From Phoronis australis (Eukaryota; Animalia; Phoronida), in assembly GCA_002633005.1 (NCBI GenBank), contig NMRA01000204.1, positions 66,260-130,259 on the forward strand: a stretch of 64,000 nt of DNA, written 5' to 3'. Below, one piece after another: positions 36,501-50,405 of the stretch (positions within the stretch are counted from its first letter, which is position 1; the number at the start of each line of letters is the position of its first letter). Under the pieces are notes generated by a model. The model saw only the letters and a program-made list of their open reading frames with translations, made no database searches and was not told the origin of the DNA. The position numbers were made by a program, and so were the translations under genes.

Positions 36501-39500
36501 TGTCATCTTTTCATATTTCATTTCGTAAATCGAGATATCTTTTACCCACCAGTATTAGTGTTAATTTGCAGCAGTTTATCAAACGGAACCTTTTATGTAT
36601 TTAGGAATTCATTATGTACCTGATCAATACTCATTTAAAGGTCCTAACATTCAAACTTTCAAAAATTTTCATATTTCATCTAGACCCATGGTCTCCCAAC
36701 TGCTTCTCATACAAGAAACATAAAAATTCAGTCAAAACTAAAGATCACGTATTGGTGCTAACACGTCAGTAGTCACAAACAAATCAATGTGGAATAATTT
36801 TGTTGATTCTCCTTTTTGGAGAGTCAAAAAATGTGCCAACGAATGGTGCTTAATAAGCCAGGGTCAATCTTACATCAATTTCGCCTATATACGCATCTTT
36901 TCATGATTATGTATATTCACATATAGCAATAAAAACCCTTAATAGTGACAATAGTTTAAAAGAACTCAATGTCAACCACTCATTGTCTGTTCTGAGTAGG
37001 TTACATATAGAAACGACAATTTAAACTGTTGGATTAATGTTTATGGCCTCAAAGAGAAAAACAGTCCTTAATTTTTATGCCGTGAGGCAGTCTGCATTTA
37101 AATTGATATTCAATTGTCAGAAAATTAAGAAATTTTGATATTTTACCGAAGTGATATTTAACCTATGGAAGCGTTATGGTAAAATGTCACCAACTTAAGA
37201 CATAATATTGCGAACAATTTAAGTTATAATTTGTAATTTTTCAGTTTAAGTTATGTAGCATCAATTTGGTGCTTTACTATGTTCAATATCTGTACCATAG
37301 GTACCATTAAAAATCTGAAAAATGTGGACATTAAAACAATTATAGAAAACCTTGAAAAACAAAAAAAAAATATTAATTTTAGCAATTATTTTTCCCAAAA
37401 TTGGTGAGATTTTACCATTTTATAATTTTAGACACCTTTATAAGGATTTGTTACTAAATGATGAACATGACCACAGACTTTCGGGGAAACTAATTTTCGT
37501 GAAGTTGTAGAATGTTTAACGAAATTATGTTGGAATGTTTGTGAATTATACTTTTACGGACTTGTTTCACAAACTGCATACTTTGCCTCAAAACTATGAT
37601 CTCACTCAGACAGTATTATGATAATTGTGCATATATCCTGAACTTATTATGCAGAACAAATACGTCATTCTAATTATACATTGTTCAATTCAAATTGTAG
37701 CGCTTTTCAACCAAAACTTGACTAATTAAAATTTTTTATGATCAAAACTACAGTTACACACTTTAAAAATACAAGGTAAACTTGGATTTTCAAATTTGAA
37801 AATTATTATATATGGAACGTGATTTTTCTCGGTGCTAAATAAGTCAGGGTTAGATATCCATTAATGTCGCATATAATCGCACACAAAGTTCTAGAGGGTG
37901 CTAGGGGTTGAAGGCTGAAATCTATGAAGTGACTCAGTAGCATTACTTGGTTGTTCTATGGAAATCAGTTTTATCCCACTAAATCCAAATGGCATTGATT
38001 AGTGTTCGTTTTCATCAAGAAGGAAATCATATAGTCATTTTGTAACCATAACCACACGTAGGTGGACACTGGGTTGGGTGCTTGAGTTGTGTTAGCCACC
38101 AAAAAACTCGAATCGTAGGGGTTGTAGCCTCACCCCCTCCCCACCATTTATTAGGTTATGAGTCTCATGTTAACGTCAGGAGTCGTCATTGAAGAACCAT
38201 CCTAAGTATAGTCATTTTACCTACATCTACCTTATGGGAAGCAATAAGTGTATTTTCCTCAGTGCAATGTTTTCCACGACATATTTGACTAAAACTGACT
38301 GATCATTGTAAAGTTACAGATGGGTTCAAATCTTAGGATAATTTTGTTTCAATAGTCTTGCGTAATCTGCCACTGAGAACTGCGGCAGTTTGAGCATAAG
38401 TTCTCTTTTGAGATTAAGTAACTCAGGAATTAATGAGTCATTTCCAGAGATCTCTGCTATTTCTAAAACAACCGTCTCATTTTGGCAACTGTCTTGCCAA
38501 TTCAATTGTCTCATTTTCATTCAGTTTTAACCTATGAAGATAGTCACGGATCATGACGCAGGGTCCAAATGACCCAGTACGCAAAGATTCTAGGATGTGC
38601 TTTAGATTTCTTTATTACATCTCATCTCTATCTAATTCTGTACGTTGGTGCTCTTCACTCATCACTTACTATAAGGATTTTAATACAAGTCAGGTTTCTA
38701 CCATAATACAACCGGAGGATAAGGACTATGCTAACATCAATAAGAGCCAGGTATCCAAAGCTACTGATGACTGAGATCCTGTACAAGGCCCAATGTGACA
38801 AGATCTTTGAGTGAGTGGTTGGCAAGGGATTTTTGTCTGTTTGTTATCATAGTTTTGGTCTAGCAATAAATAAATGCCTGGTCTCTTAATCAACACCAGT
38901 CCAGTCTTGAATTAATGTCCAGACTTCTATTAGAAGCTTCATCATATTGGTTTTGAATCTCATCATTACAATCTATGCAAAACAAAATACTTGAACAATA
39001 TTGCAACTTTTGTCAGTATTTACTGGAGTTCTGAAATTTTCCACAGTTTGTCTCCTAAGACTTCAATGTTCTTTTACTTCAGACAACATACAATTATTCT
39101 GTTAACTCTACCTACAAAAACTGTACAGTAGTCTGTTTCGTGACAGTGAATTTAGACTTTTGACAGAAATTTGGTCTTACGTTCCCACTTTGCAATTGCT
39201 GCGGAAAGGTTTAGCCGAGCAATTATGAGCCCATCGCAGTCTAGAAATAATAATTTGTAGAAGCTATATCAGTAACTAGCGGGAATATGTTAATTTTCAG
39301 CGAATTAATTTGCACATTTACCGACACTAATTATTTTCAGAAATAGTTGTAAGGCCACATTTCTGACTTAGGTAAGTCACTTTTCATGAATCAGACGCCT
39401 GTACTGCGGTTTGCTCAGAGGATTGGCTATCTTATGGTCGATCTTATACAAGTACTCAGGATTTGGCGACGTCAAAAGCCAATTGAATAAGACACACCCA

Positions 39501-41940
39501 GTAGTTGCTCAAAATTTAAAGTGCATAGGACACTTTAACAAATATATCACAACACATCAGTTAGCACAGAGTGTGAAATTAGTCAAATCACTTGTGTCAC
39601 ACACTTGATGGGTATATATCTAAAGGCATTGTAAATAGGTAGTTATTAATCATATGTGGTATTTGGAGCTTTGCTTGTAAACAGTAGTGTGGTTTGTAGC
39701 TTTTTGTGTAGTTGTGTGTGTGTTTTGTAGTTAAGTGCTTAGAGTTGAGCAATAGGAAAGCTTTTGAGTGTCATCTAGTTATGATAGAGTTTAATTATCA
39801 CTTAGTTTTTACTTGTGCTGGTAAAGATCTTACTAAAACTGAGTGTAACGCACTAAATGGAGGAAAGTCTCAGTGGCAGGGAGGAATCGTTAATCTGTCT
39901 GTCTAGTTTTGATTTAGTTTTGACGAGAACTAGTCAGTGTTATTTGATAAATTATCCTGCAGTTCCAACTGGCAGTGATTCACATGTATCTAGTTCTGTT
40001 ACTAAAAACTGAAAGTCAAATAGGTCAGCTCAATAAAATACAAAACTGTGGCGTTGTTCATAGTGATTTAGTTCATAGGAATATCGGTGTAGTATGCTTT
40101 TATTACTAAATACCGGGATCTACCATTCAAAGAACAGTGATTATTCCATCTGTTTGGCTTATGGAGTTCAGTTTGTACTTTATTGGTTTTTTTGTGTGTG
40201 ATGTCGTGCTTTCAGCAAACCAGTATTTTTTGTACATGATTCTGGCACTATCGTAGGTGATGGCCAACAAATAGTTTTCATATGATCTCGGACCAATTCA
40301 ACAACCCGTCAACCAGGTAGGCTCTCCCCAATACCGTTCTTGTTTATTGCCGACACGGAATGCACTTGGTGTAGTTTTGCACTTTTTATAAGGACCAAAG
40401 TAATGCTCTATTTTGTAAATAAGAGAGTGGTAGTTTTAGGGGAGATTTTATTGAAGTGTAGAAAGGTGAACTTGCTTTAAATGATTTGTACTCAGTTCCA
40501 TAAAACTTATGAGGAAGAGGACTTTGGAGAAATAATCTCAACAATACTTTTACAGCAAAACGTGTTCATCTATTGCACAGGAAGTTTGTAAATGTGTAAA
40601 TTAATTGAAATTGTGAGCGAGTGATGTATGTATGTGATGTTGGTGTGTTTGTGTTATATTAAATATTACATAATAGCTGAAATTGAGCCGGCTATCGCCT
40701 GTTGGCGCTCATCACTTGAGCCAGCTAGCGCTCGTTATTTCAGTATGGCATCTCTACCAGTATTGAGATTTTCCGAGCACTTGGGCAATGCAACCAGTCG
40801 CGTTTTGCCATTTGTGCAGCTATCGTTGTAAAAGTACAATTGAGTTGTTAGGATTTGGCAGTACATTTCTGGTGTTCTTATGGCTTAGCTTATAGTTTTG
40901 TATGACGTGCTGCCGGGGGGCAGTCAGTTTAATGGGGACCCCCCCCCCGGTAGTCTTGCTTTGCTTGGTGTTATGTGTGTTAGTTGTAGCGTAATTATAG
41001 TGGTAGCATTCAGGCTCACATTTCAAGGTGACTGGTAAATACGTATTGTACGCATTGACACTCAAAGAAGTGACTAGAACTGCAGTAAATTGTATTGGTT
41101 TCAATGAGACCCGTTATGGCTGGTATTATTGAGTCACCTGCATTGTTTACTATCCTTCCACTACCCATGGGTTTAATGTTGCCGTAACAATCCAGACTTT
41201 AAGAGTGTCGATGCTTTGTGAAGCACGTCAAAAAGTTGGAAATTCCCTTCCAATTATTTTTACGTGCTCTGACATCGTTCTGGCCCACAAATGAACATCA
41301 TTGATTATGTGAATCACAGAGTGTTGCTGATCTGGCTTCAAACCAAAGTATGACGAGAACTCGATAGATTCTCGTCCTTTTCATACAGCTATTAATGCTC
41401 TTGCCAAAGGCTTGAAAACTGCTTGTTGCTTTTGAAAAGTGAATTTTGCATAGTATGTTGTAAATATGTTTTGTAAATATCGTTTGAAATTAGGTGTTAT
41501 TTAATGTGTTGCAGCTCCACCTTGTGGTTATTTTGTTTGCTTCTGAAAATCAAAACTACAAACATCAGGAATAGGCCAAGACAAATGCACATCTCAAAAA
41601 ACAGCAGTTATATGCATAGGATATGTGAATGTGCAGTGTCATAAACTGATAGCTTGGTGCTTGGTTTCTGTATAGTGACCATATTTATGTTGGATTTCTA
41701 TAAAACAAACGCAACCACAGTGACCTTGTATCATATAGTTGTTTTGTAGAAGTGGTGTGTCCAATTACTTGTTGATGTGAAATAAGGCCAAGAATTGAAA
41801 AGATTTGTGTTTGTACATCAATTGGAAGAGTTCATTTAAATAAATGCTTGATTTAATAATGATTATTACAACATTGTTTATCTAAATGCACTCATACCAT
41901 TTCAGTAAACTTGTATTCACATAAATAAAACCTATCACAA
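30569..41940 (+). ncRNA. Candidate spliced lncRNA / small-ORF transcription unit
   Basis: Promoter above; donors after 30847 and 31945; 32-nt exon 33470-33501; acceptor at 35378; UTR-like AT/GT-rich tract; AATAAA 41924-41929 followed by a T/GT-rich stretch. No recognisable protein. Extent inferred from signals only. Confidence 0.35.
34911..34962. repeat. 10-bp minisatellite (TAAGAATT(A/G/T)C) x ~5
   Basis: Directly visible tandem array. Confidence 0.8.
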
Positions 41941-42876
41941 TTTTTGTGCTACAAGAAGCAAACATGAACAAAAAGTTATCTTTCAACCTTTTTTAATACT
42001 CCTTGAGCACCTCTTGCTTGTAACACAAATACTTTGAAAGCTAACGTCCAAAAATGTAACTTCAGCTTAATCGCAACAAACACTGACATCAATAAATAGT
42101 ATATTAATCTAAAACGTTCACTCAAGAAACAAGCACAGTTGAAAGTTCTAAACCCACCAATTTCTTGTTTTGACACATTACAAGGTTGAAAGCTGAATAC
42201 CAGAATTGTGAATTTAATTAACATGACAAATTTTAGTAAAACCCTCTATTCTTCCATCATTTCTTATTCCATGATAACCCAAAAGTAAACGAGCAGCAAT
42301 TATACTCCTTCCCTGTAATCTCCAGAAAGGATCAAACAAAACTGCATTTTCTCGCAATGTAGCTGTGAAAAAAATGAATTGAGCCACTTCAGCTGATAAA
42401 ATTCGCCTCGAAATATTCCGTACCATGTCAGAACTAGATTTTCGTTACCAACAAGAACAATGAAACCATGGTGAATCCTATAAACCCTGAAATTGCTATT
42501 TCAAAAAAGGCGCATACGCGCATTGCCTGCAACTTGATTTGCTGGCTCCTTCATCAACAATTCAGGATCGGAAAAGTGTGATAATGTTTTTAAGCCCCAA
42601 AATGCTTTGGTTAAGAATAAAACAATGACAGCTAAGCAACAGCACTGCCCTCTTTAAGGCCACCAAGCACCATATGATTTATTTAGCCAAATAAAACTAG
42701 ATTTTAACTTAGCCAATAAAAGTGTTTATATTATCAATGAAAGTAGAAAGCCTTTCATCAGTTGGGTAACATGATCATTGGGTCACATGACCATTGGGTC
42801 ACATGACAATGTCTTCTCAGTGAAATTGAGCAAAAAAGGAAGGTACATTTGTGGAAAAACAATGGTATCAGTAACA

Positions 42877-43160
42877 TTGACCACATTTTGTTTGATATAA
42901 ATGTTCAAGTTTAAATCTAAAAAACGCAGTTACAGTTTTCTCAACTACTTCGTTTTTGTTTGATGAAACTTGGAAAGTTTTCATAAAAATCATGAAAGTC
43001 CTATTTTGATGGCCCTCCTGCAAAAAGGGACACCAGTTTAAAAAAATCCTAACAGCGTTTTGGCGAACACTGCATAATGCGTAATTAGCCATTTATGAGA
43101 TACGACGTTTTGAAGTTAACCAAAGTGGGACATTTTTTTAGGGTCCAAATGACCTGGCAC
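42877..43160 (+). repeat. Diverged dispersed repeat, second copy ~45135-45490
   Basis: Shared blocks TGACCACATTT.GTTTG, CACTGCATAA.GC, TGAGATA.GA.GTT...AAGTTA.CCAAA and AGGG.C.A.ATGACCT. Confidence 0.5.
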
Positions 43161-43910
43161 ATTGGTGGTCGAATTCATCCAAAAATTCAGTCATCCCGTC
43201 CCATCCATGATAGGAACAATCCATGACAAGAACATGTCTGCAAAATTTTACAAACATCAATCAAGGGCTTTTGGAGATACAGCAGCGGACGGATGAACAG
43301 ACGAGGATGACGACATAATGATACCCACACATATATATGTGGGTGCATATAAATCGAATTGCTTGGCATGCTTAAAGTAATTTTTTGTCCAATTTCATGC
43401 GATGTGATTGGACATAAAGTTTGATGGTCACCGGCCCCGATTTACAGGTACCTAGGGTTGCTTTTGCTACAAAAATGTGGTTTTGAACCCTTTCAACATG
43501 AGATATATTCAATTGTAAGTAATATAAAATATATTTAAATTACACATTATAAGTTTCCATTGTAATGAAGACATGATAATTGTTTGAGGTAGAAATTTTG
43601 TGCCATGTACAATTGAGGTAACATACTGGAAGAACACTCACACAAAAATGAGGCCACAGGTCAAACATTCCCAATCTCAAATAATAAATAGTAGCCACGG
43701 AAGCAATAGATGAACTTGTGATCTGCAGCGTAACTGGGCAGTAGTCTGATAGAGCGGTGCCCGTATTTTGAGAACCAGTTTGATGTCTGTTGTTTAGTGG
43801 ATTAAACTGGTTCTCAAAATTCGGGCACGTTACATCAGACCATTACCGCGTAACTGTATACAGTTGGGAACTCCTGCTGGCAACACCAATAAACTTCTTC
43901 ACCACAGATG

Positions 43911-46900
43911 TCACTTGAACTCTAGCGGTAGAGGTCTATGAAATAATTTATAGTAAAGCCCTGAGTAGACAGCAGGGAATTCCTCAAAGTTGATGTCAAC
44001 CTTATCGAATCCCTTCTCAAGTCCATACATCACTAACCGCGTCACTCGCTTGGTCAAAATTGCAATTCCTTCGTGATTCAGGACTTCCTGCAATGACATC
44101 CACCTGCAGTCCTTGACCTCGTGGGCACACGGATTGAGGTCAAACGTCAGTGGCTTCATGCGACACACGATGTAGATGTCAGAACGGCCGAATGCATTTG
44201 GGTGTTTGTGCTGTTGTCGAAACGTCAAAACTGACTGGAATTCTGAAAGATGACGTCAAAGTCGGGAACTAAGAATGAGGTGGAACCACGTGACAGTGCT
44301 TGATTTGGTGACCTGCAGGTCGCCAATGCGACCTCAGAATATGTTTGGCAACCTGGGAAAAATCCCATGTTGCCAAAGCAAAGCATCAAAGTCAGGCAAT
44401 GATTCCCACCGCAATTCGTTTCAAAGTTTGTGGTGACTTTCAAAGTTTACTAATGTTTTCCTAGATTTAATACCTTTGGTTTACAAATGTCCCGTCTATT
44501 TTGTAAAACCAGTGCATTTGCCACCTTCAGCAGTCACCTCACATCAAACACACGACGCTTAAATTAAAACAGGAAGTAAACAGACAAAAGTTCATCACAA
44601 GTCGGGTAAGATCTGTGAAACACGCGCCTCCAATGTATGCGATCGTTTGCATTCTATCTTTGTTGGCAAGAACAATTGAGTTAGAGATTGAATGGTGCAT
44701 ATTCCTTTACAACAAGAAATTGAAGAGGTGTGCATAAGTTTCTGAGAACTGAGCAACAACACGACCTTTTAGTCATCGATTTCTACGCAAGTTCCTCAGA
44801 TTTCATTTGGCGACCAGGGATTTTCACCAAGTCGCCATATGCGACTTGTTGCAAGCTAAGCGTCAAGCAATGCATGATCATTTCCTACTCTTTTGTGACG
44901 TTCTGTCCATAACGTGAATAAAGTTGCCACATATGGAGATGATGACAGTATGCACCATAAGCATGATATTGGTGATGACTGATTTGTAGAAGTGTTTAAG
45001 AGCCTTATTAAAAAGTCGATGTCTTTAGCCAAGTATCTACAAAACTGTAGATTTTAAATGAGTAAACGGCTGTACAAAAGCCTGTAGAAATTTGATTTTT
45101 GACTTTTTATCAATCTGCCATAAATTGGGCCACGTGACCACATTTGTTTGGTAAAACCTAGCAAAAAAAAGAAACGAACATTGATAGCAAAACTATTAAG
45201 AAAAAGACTTAACTTTATTTTAACATAAGTGTTCAAGATGAAATCTCAAAAAAAAGGTTACAGATTTTTAAATTATCTTTTTGCTCTCATTACAAAAGTC
45301 CTATATTTTCATAGCCCTCACACAAAGTGGAACATTTTAAAAACAATAATTCTTAATATCGTATTGGACAGCACTGCATAACGCATTGTATCTGAAAGTT
45401 TCATACGAATACGATCACAAATTTCTGAGATATGATGTTCCAAAGTTAGCCAAATTTGGCCACAGTTTCTAGGGCCTACATGACCTTAGGATGCAAAGTT
45501 TGTTGTACCTGAAGTCGCTAGTTGGTGTGAGAGTCATTTCTGCTGTAGTAAACTCCCTTAAACCCAAACCGTGACATCGTAAAAATCACGCAAAATGCAG
45601 TTCCGTTACAATTCGTGATAATTACCATTGAAACGCTTTAAAACCATGTAGATGTACAATACATTCAGTGCCTGGTGGACTAAAAATCCCAAGATAATAT
45701 TTTGTGTGCAATATGACCACGTTTTGTTCATTCAAACGAGTATTGTAAATAACCGGGGTGACCAGTAAGTACACGACCATGATGATCGAATACAAAGCAT
45801 GAAAACTCCGCCCCTTATTCATAAGAGTTGTAGAAATTAGTAACATAATCAAAAAAAGCTATGAACACGAACTGGGTTCCAAAAACGCAGCAACCTTTAC
45901 TAGCGTGAATGAAAAGTTCACCTGATTGAACACCAGTTTCTTCAAAAACTTCTCTTTCCGCAGTCTTCGCTGAAATGAGCAATTAAACTTAAAATTAAAT
46001 AAAGATTATTACATGTTTAATATGTTATTTCCTGCATCTAGACTCCACACAATAAAGGAATTATCACTGGAGACGCACTTCCCAATTGGGGACCAAACAA
46101 GTGAAATAAGTGCTGAGGACAAGCATCAAATCTATATATCCTGCATTTTAAGTATTACAGTCTACAAAACACAAACAATGAAGATATTCAACTATGCTGC
46201 GCAGTGGATCAAACCACACATGCGAGCATTTTCTAAACAACATCACAGCCTGTCCATCACGTTTTCCCACCAAATCATTATCGCCCACGGTTTACCAAAG
46301 GCAGATTTAAACGGGGGGAGGGGTCATGCTCCAATAACTCGACTTCCGTGAACAGCCAGGGGAAGTGGGACAAAATCACAGCCTTGTTTCAGAAGCTCAC
46401 AGAAGGTATATGTATCCTCACACTATATGGAGAACCTGCTCGAGGTCTTTTAAACCTCAGACTGATTCGATCCAGCTGTGCAGGCTAATGCCGCAACGAC
46501 AAAGAAGGTGAGACAAAAATCCAACTTTCTTTTCAATTTTCGAATGGTCAATAGTTACTGTGCTGTCTTACCAATGTCCTCGCCAAGGTCTGACAAACCA
46601 CCGGGAAACTTCCATGTGGTGAACTGAAATGGATTATATCAGACAAGCTAATCATGAGAGGAAACTGTCGACAATAGTCGAGCATGCTTTGCTGCTATCT
46701 TCTGTGCACAAGACATCTTCAACAAATTATCACAGGAGCTGGGTAGCGAATTGTAGAAAATAGAAAGCGATGTTGTTTTTTAAATTGGACCAGTTACTGA
46801 ACTTGAGATGCTGCACACTCACTCTTCTGTGATGGTCTTGCATGACAAGGACTTGCTTTGTATCTTCCCTCAGCACAAAGCCTGAAACAGACCAGGTAGA

Positions 46901-49900
46901 ATTGACGGTAACCCTTGCGAAAGACGAATGCTTTTTCCACGAAGAATTTAAAAGAGGCAATCGTATACTATCACTTTGTCATTCTTGTGAAACATACAGA
47001 TCTGCGGCCCATTTTAACAAAGGCGATCGTTTCGATCTAAGCCAAGACGGTTATACGCAGGTTCTTGCTGACATGACCGTGCCTTTTTATCGGAGTAAAA
47101 CATTGCGATTGATAATTATTATTATATATTTTTTCTTCAATACGTACACCACATAAAAAAGCTAGTAAAACTCCTTTTCACACTGGGTGATAATGACTTC
47201 ACTTACATTTCCCAGGCAACTTAATTTTTATGAATAGCTAACTTTATTGAACAAATTTAATTTTGTTGTGAAAATATAATTGAGAAAATAAACACTGCCT
47301 GACCTGAAGATGAGCTGTATCACTTAAAGTCGTGACGCACCTAGCAAATTTTAGCAACTTTTGAATTGGACCATTTATTGCTATAAAATGGACCTCAACT
47401 AGACAAGTACATTCATCATTTTAGGAGTGCATAATTATTGTACTTGGGAAGAAAAGAAAAATCGTTGAAAGTTGAATTCAACAAGTTGAAATTCAAGGGT
47501 GGTCTTTTTATGAACCGAAAGCAACAAGGCAGGTAGACAAGTAGAGATAGAGCTGAATTGATGACCAAACAGGAGACACATGATGAAGTTGGCACTTGGT
47601 GTAGCTCTAATGATTACTAGCGACATCCAGCAGCCAGATAGTTAACTAATTCAAGAGTGCTCCTCTGACAGCAATGGTTGGATATAACGGGAGCATGCCC
47701 GTTATTCAGTGGAGAAAACTGGATCCGACTATCGTCCCTAATAGAGTCAGGCATAGATCAGGATACCGTTTAATGAAAAGTGACATAAGACAGAAATTTG
47801 GTATTACGCTCCAGATAACAATTGCTGAAAGATAATTAAATCTCACGTCAGCAAAGGAATAAAGTAATATGACAATGAGAAAATTTATACAAATGATTTG
47901 GCCAGGCAATTATACGATAATGGAGACATGACTAAACTTTTATTTGGCAATTTTGAAGTGGGAGTGCAAGACCAAATTTCTGTCCCAAGTCGTAAGTAAT
48001 TTTTCATGAACACAGACCCCAGAGCTAAGTAACAATTCCAAATTCAGCCGGTTTGCGTAAAACTTATATGCTGGATAGTAGAAATGATGTCACATTATCA
48101 CACACTACATTGTCATTGTTAAAGACATATTTGATGTCATGCAACACACAAAATTATCCAGCATGGCCCAGTTGCATAAATGTTATACGCCCTATAGCAA
48201 CAATGACGTCGCATTATCACGCGCCACGTTGTGATTGCTGAACAATGCACTTGACGTCATACAACAATAAAACTTATCCAGCGGATAAGTTTTGAAGCTT
48301 TGTGCAACCCAGTCCAGATCAGTATTACGAATTTTATACAACCCAGCCCTATTATTGCAAGACTTCACCCATTTGGTTTGATGACACCAGCACACCAAAG
48401 TACTCTTTATGCTCTTTATACTCTTAGGAGAAAGCTTTGATAGAATAAGATAAATAATTTTCAATTTTGTATCCATGACATAATTCCTCAAAATCTTAAA
48501 AATCTTTCCAAATTGCTGCTGCACAAACGGTCTTTACTTGTTCTAGTGAAAGGTGATGTGTACATCAATTAGCTGACATGTACAACTATCAACGAGAGGG
48601 ATTTAACCCACACCAGTTGTTCAGGTAATGCACATCCAATTTCTAATGATGTAGTTTCAAATGCCAATGCTCCATGAAAAACATACCACCTACCACAATA
48701 TTCTAAGTATTATAAGGACAAATTCGATGACTATGGCCATTACCACTGTCAAACGTGATTACTTAAAAAAATTTTTTCCCAATATCGGGTCCAAAATTGA
48801 AGAACTGACAACCTACTGACCACACCCACTTTATAACCCATATACCCCGTGCACTTAATAACCTGAGTCACGTGAATTTGACAACTCACCAGCTACGCCC
48901 ACTTGATGAGTGGCATACACTGGCAGAAGGTCTGGTTTTTCTCCATGGATCCACAACTTTAACACTGAGAAGTCCTCATGGGAGTGGTGGAACTGAAATC
49001 CCAACATGGCAGCCGCAGGGATGAGATAACTATACAAAATGGGGACCTTGAGCAACACGCAGTTGTGGCCATCTTGAGTCCATCGCTCTAAACACTCTGG
49101 AAAACAAAAAACACAAATAAACAGAAAAACCTGATCTAACTCCCCCCCCCCCCATTGCAAAATTATGATTAGATTTAAGTTTAGTTTACGAAAGCATGGG
49201 TAAAAAATGGACTAATCCGTGACAGAGAAAATTATTAGGATCTCTTAAATTTACATTTCGTCTCAGGCAATGCACACGTGCACCCATCTTCAAAATTGCA
49301 CATTTAGGGTTGGTCAAGAGGTCTCGTCTATCAGATGTCAAAGCCGTCATAGTGACAGCCAAAAAAATGATAGTTTGGACAGCATGGCGGAGAGAAAAAA
49401 GACAACCTGTTTGAAGACATCCTCAGTGAAAACAATGGCCAAACAAAGAATTTTAACATTTCCGATTACTGAATTTTAATGAAACCAACATTTCATTGTT
49501 TTAGTTTGATAATTATTCAGATATAAATCGAGATTACAGACTACTACTATCTATTTTTACCATAAATAATATAAAGATGATTAGAAAATGGTGGCGCCCA
49601 CATTTTGCAGACGAACACCTCCCAGTCCAGCGACGTCAGAGTGACCTCATGCGGAATCCCTGCATGCGGCCAGTGGCAATCTCGCAAATTTGTGCTCTGG
49701 CTCGCCCCATACTCACATACTCAGTTGGAATCATTCAGGCTGCACAAAGCACATTAAAGATTTTTAAAGCACATAATTATATACGTGTCATATAAACTAA
49801 CTTCTGATTCAGAGCTGACTTCAGGACTTTGAAAGGAAAGAATAGTATGCTATTGCTCGAAACCATGGTCCACAAGCTGGCTTGTCACAGCAACTCATTC

Positions 49901-50405
49901 CATGTGCCAAGGACGGTCCCACAAAGTAACAAACTGCCAGTTCCCTGCAAGCCCAGACATCACTTCTCAACCGAGTGAGGACTACATTGAAACCAATCTG
50001 ATCCCAGTGAGTAGTCAAAATCAGCAAAGCCTTGAGTTGATAGCTGGTTTCACAAGATTATGCATGCGACAAGACCTGCCCGCATGTATGTAATAAAGTG
50101 TGTAGGCTCCTACCTTTCAAGATGTCAGCGAAGTGTCCAGCCTGCACTTGATCATCCAACTGTCCAACATCAACATGAATACTGTTGTATTTGTCAATGG
50201 TAGACTCGAGTTCATTGACACTGGAGCTAAACGCTCTTCCTAATAACAGGTTCCTACATGGGCTGGTACCAGGTGAATTGCATTGCCGCAACAGCAGTAA
50301 GACAGCTCGGTGGTATTCTCGTTTCCCGCAAGTGGCAAAGGGAAATAGAGAAAATGGATGCGACACCACAGACCTTAAAACTTTTGAGGACATTGCAGCT
50401 ATCAT
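43911..50405 (-). CDS. NUDT6: Nudix hydrolase NUDT6 (FGF-AS/GFG family), ~329 aa, probable mitochondrial presequence
   Basis: Exons 50405-50114, 49096-48890, 46881-46823, 46623-46572, 45969-45922, 44242-43911 join in frame (990 nt). Nudix box GGLSDLGEDIAKTAEREVFEETGV; NUDT6-typical GFQFHH, YATHQVGVAG, WKFPGG, FRQQH...AFGRSDIY. Basic N-terminus ending GRAFSS. Start may be the ATG at 50393 (MSSKV). Confidence 0.92.

Noticed and set aside
38548-38779. GGATC...CTGA-GATCC suggesting a box C/D snoRNA; also a 73-aa ORF and an ATGA...AAA SECIS-like pattern
   Set aside because: Box C is poor, no rRNA or snRNA guide recognised, the SECIS helix does not pair, and AGGGTCCAAATGACC recurs at ~43140 in a repeat.
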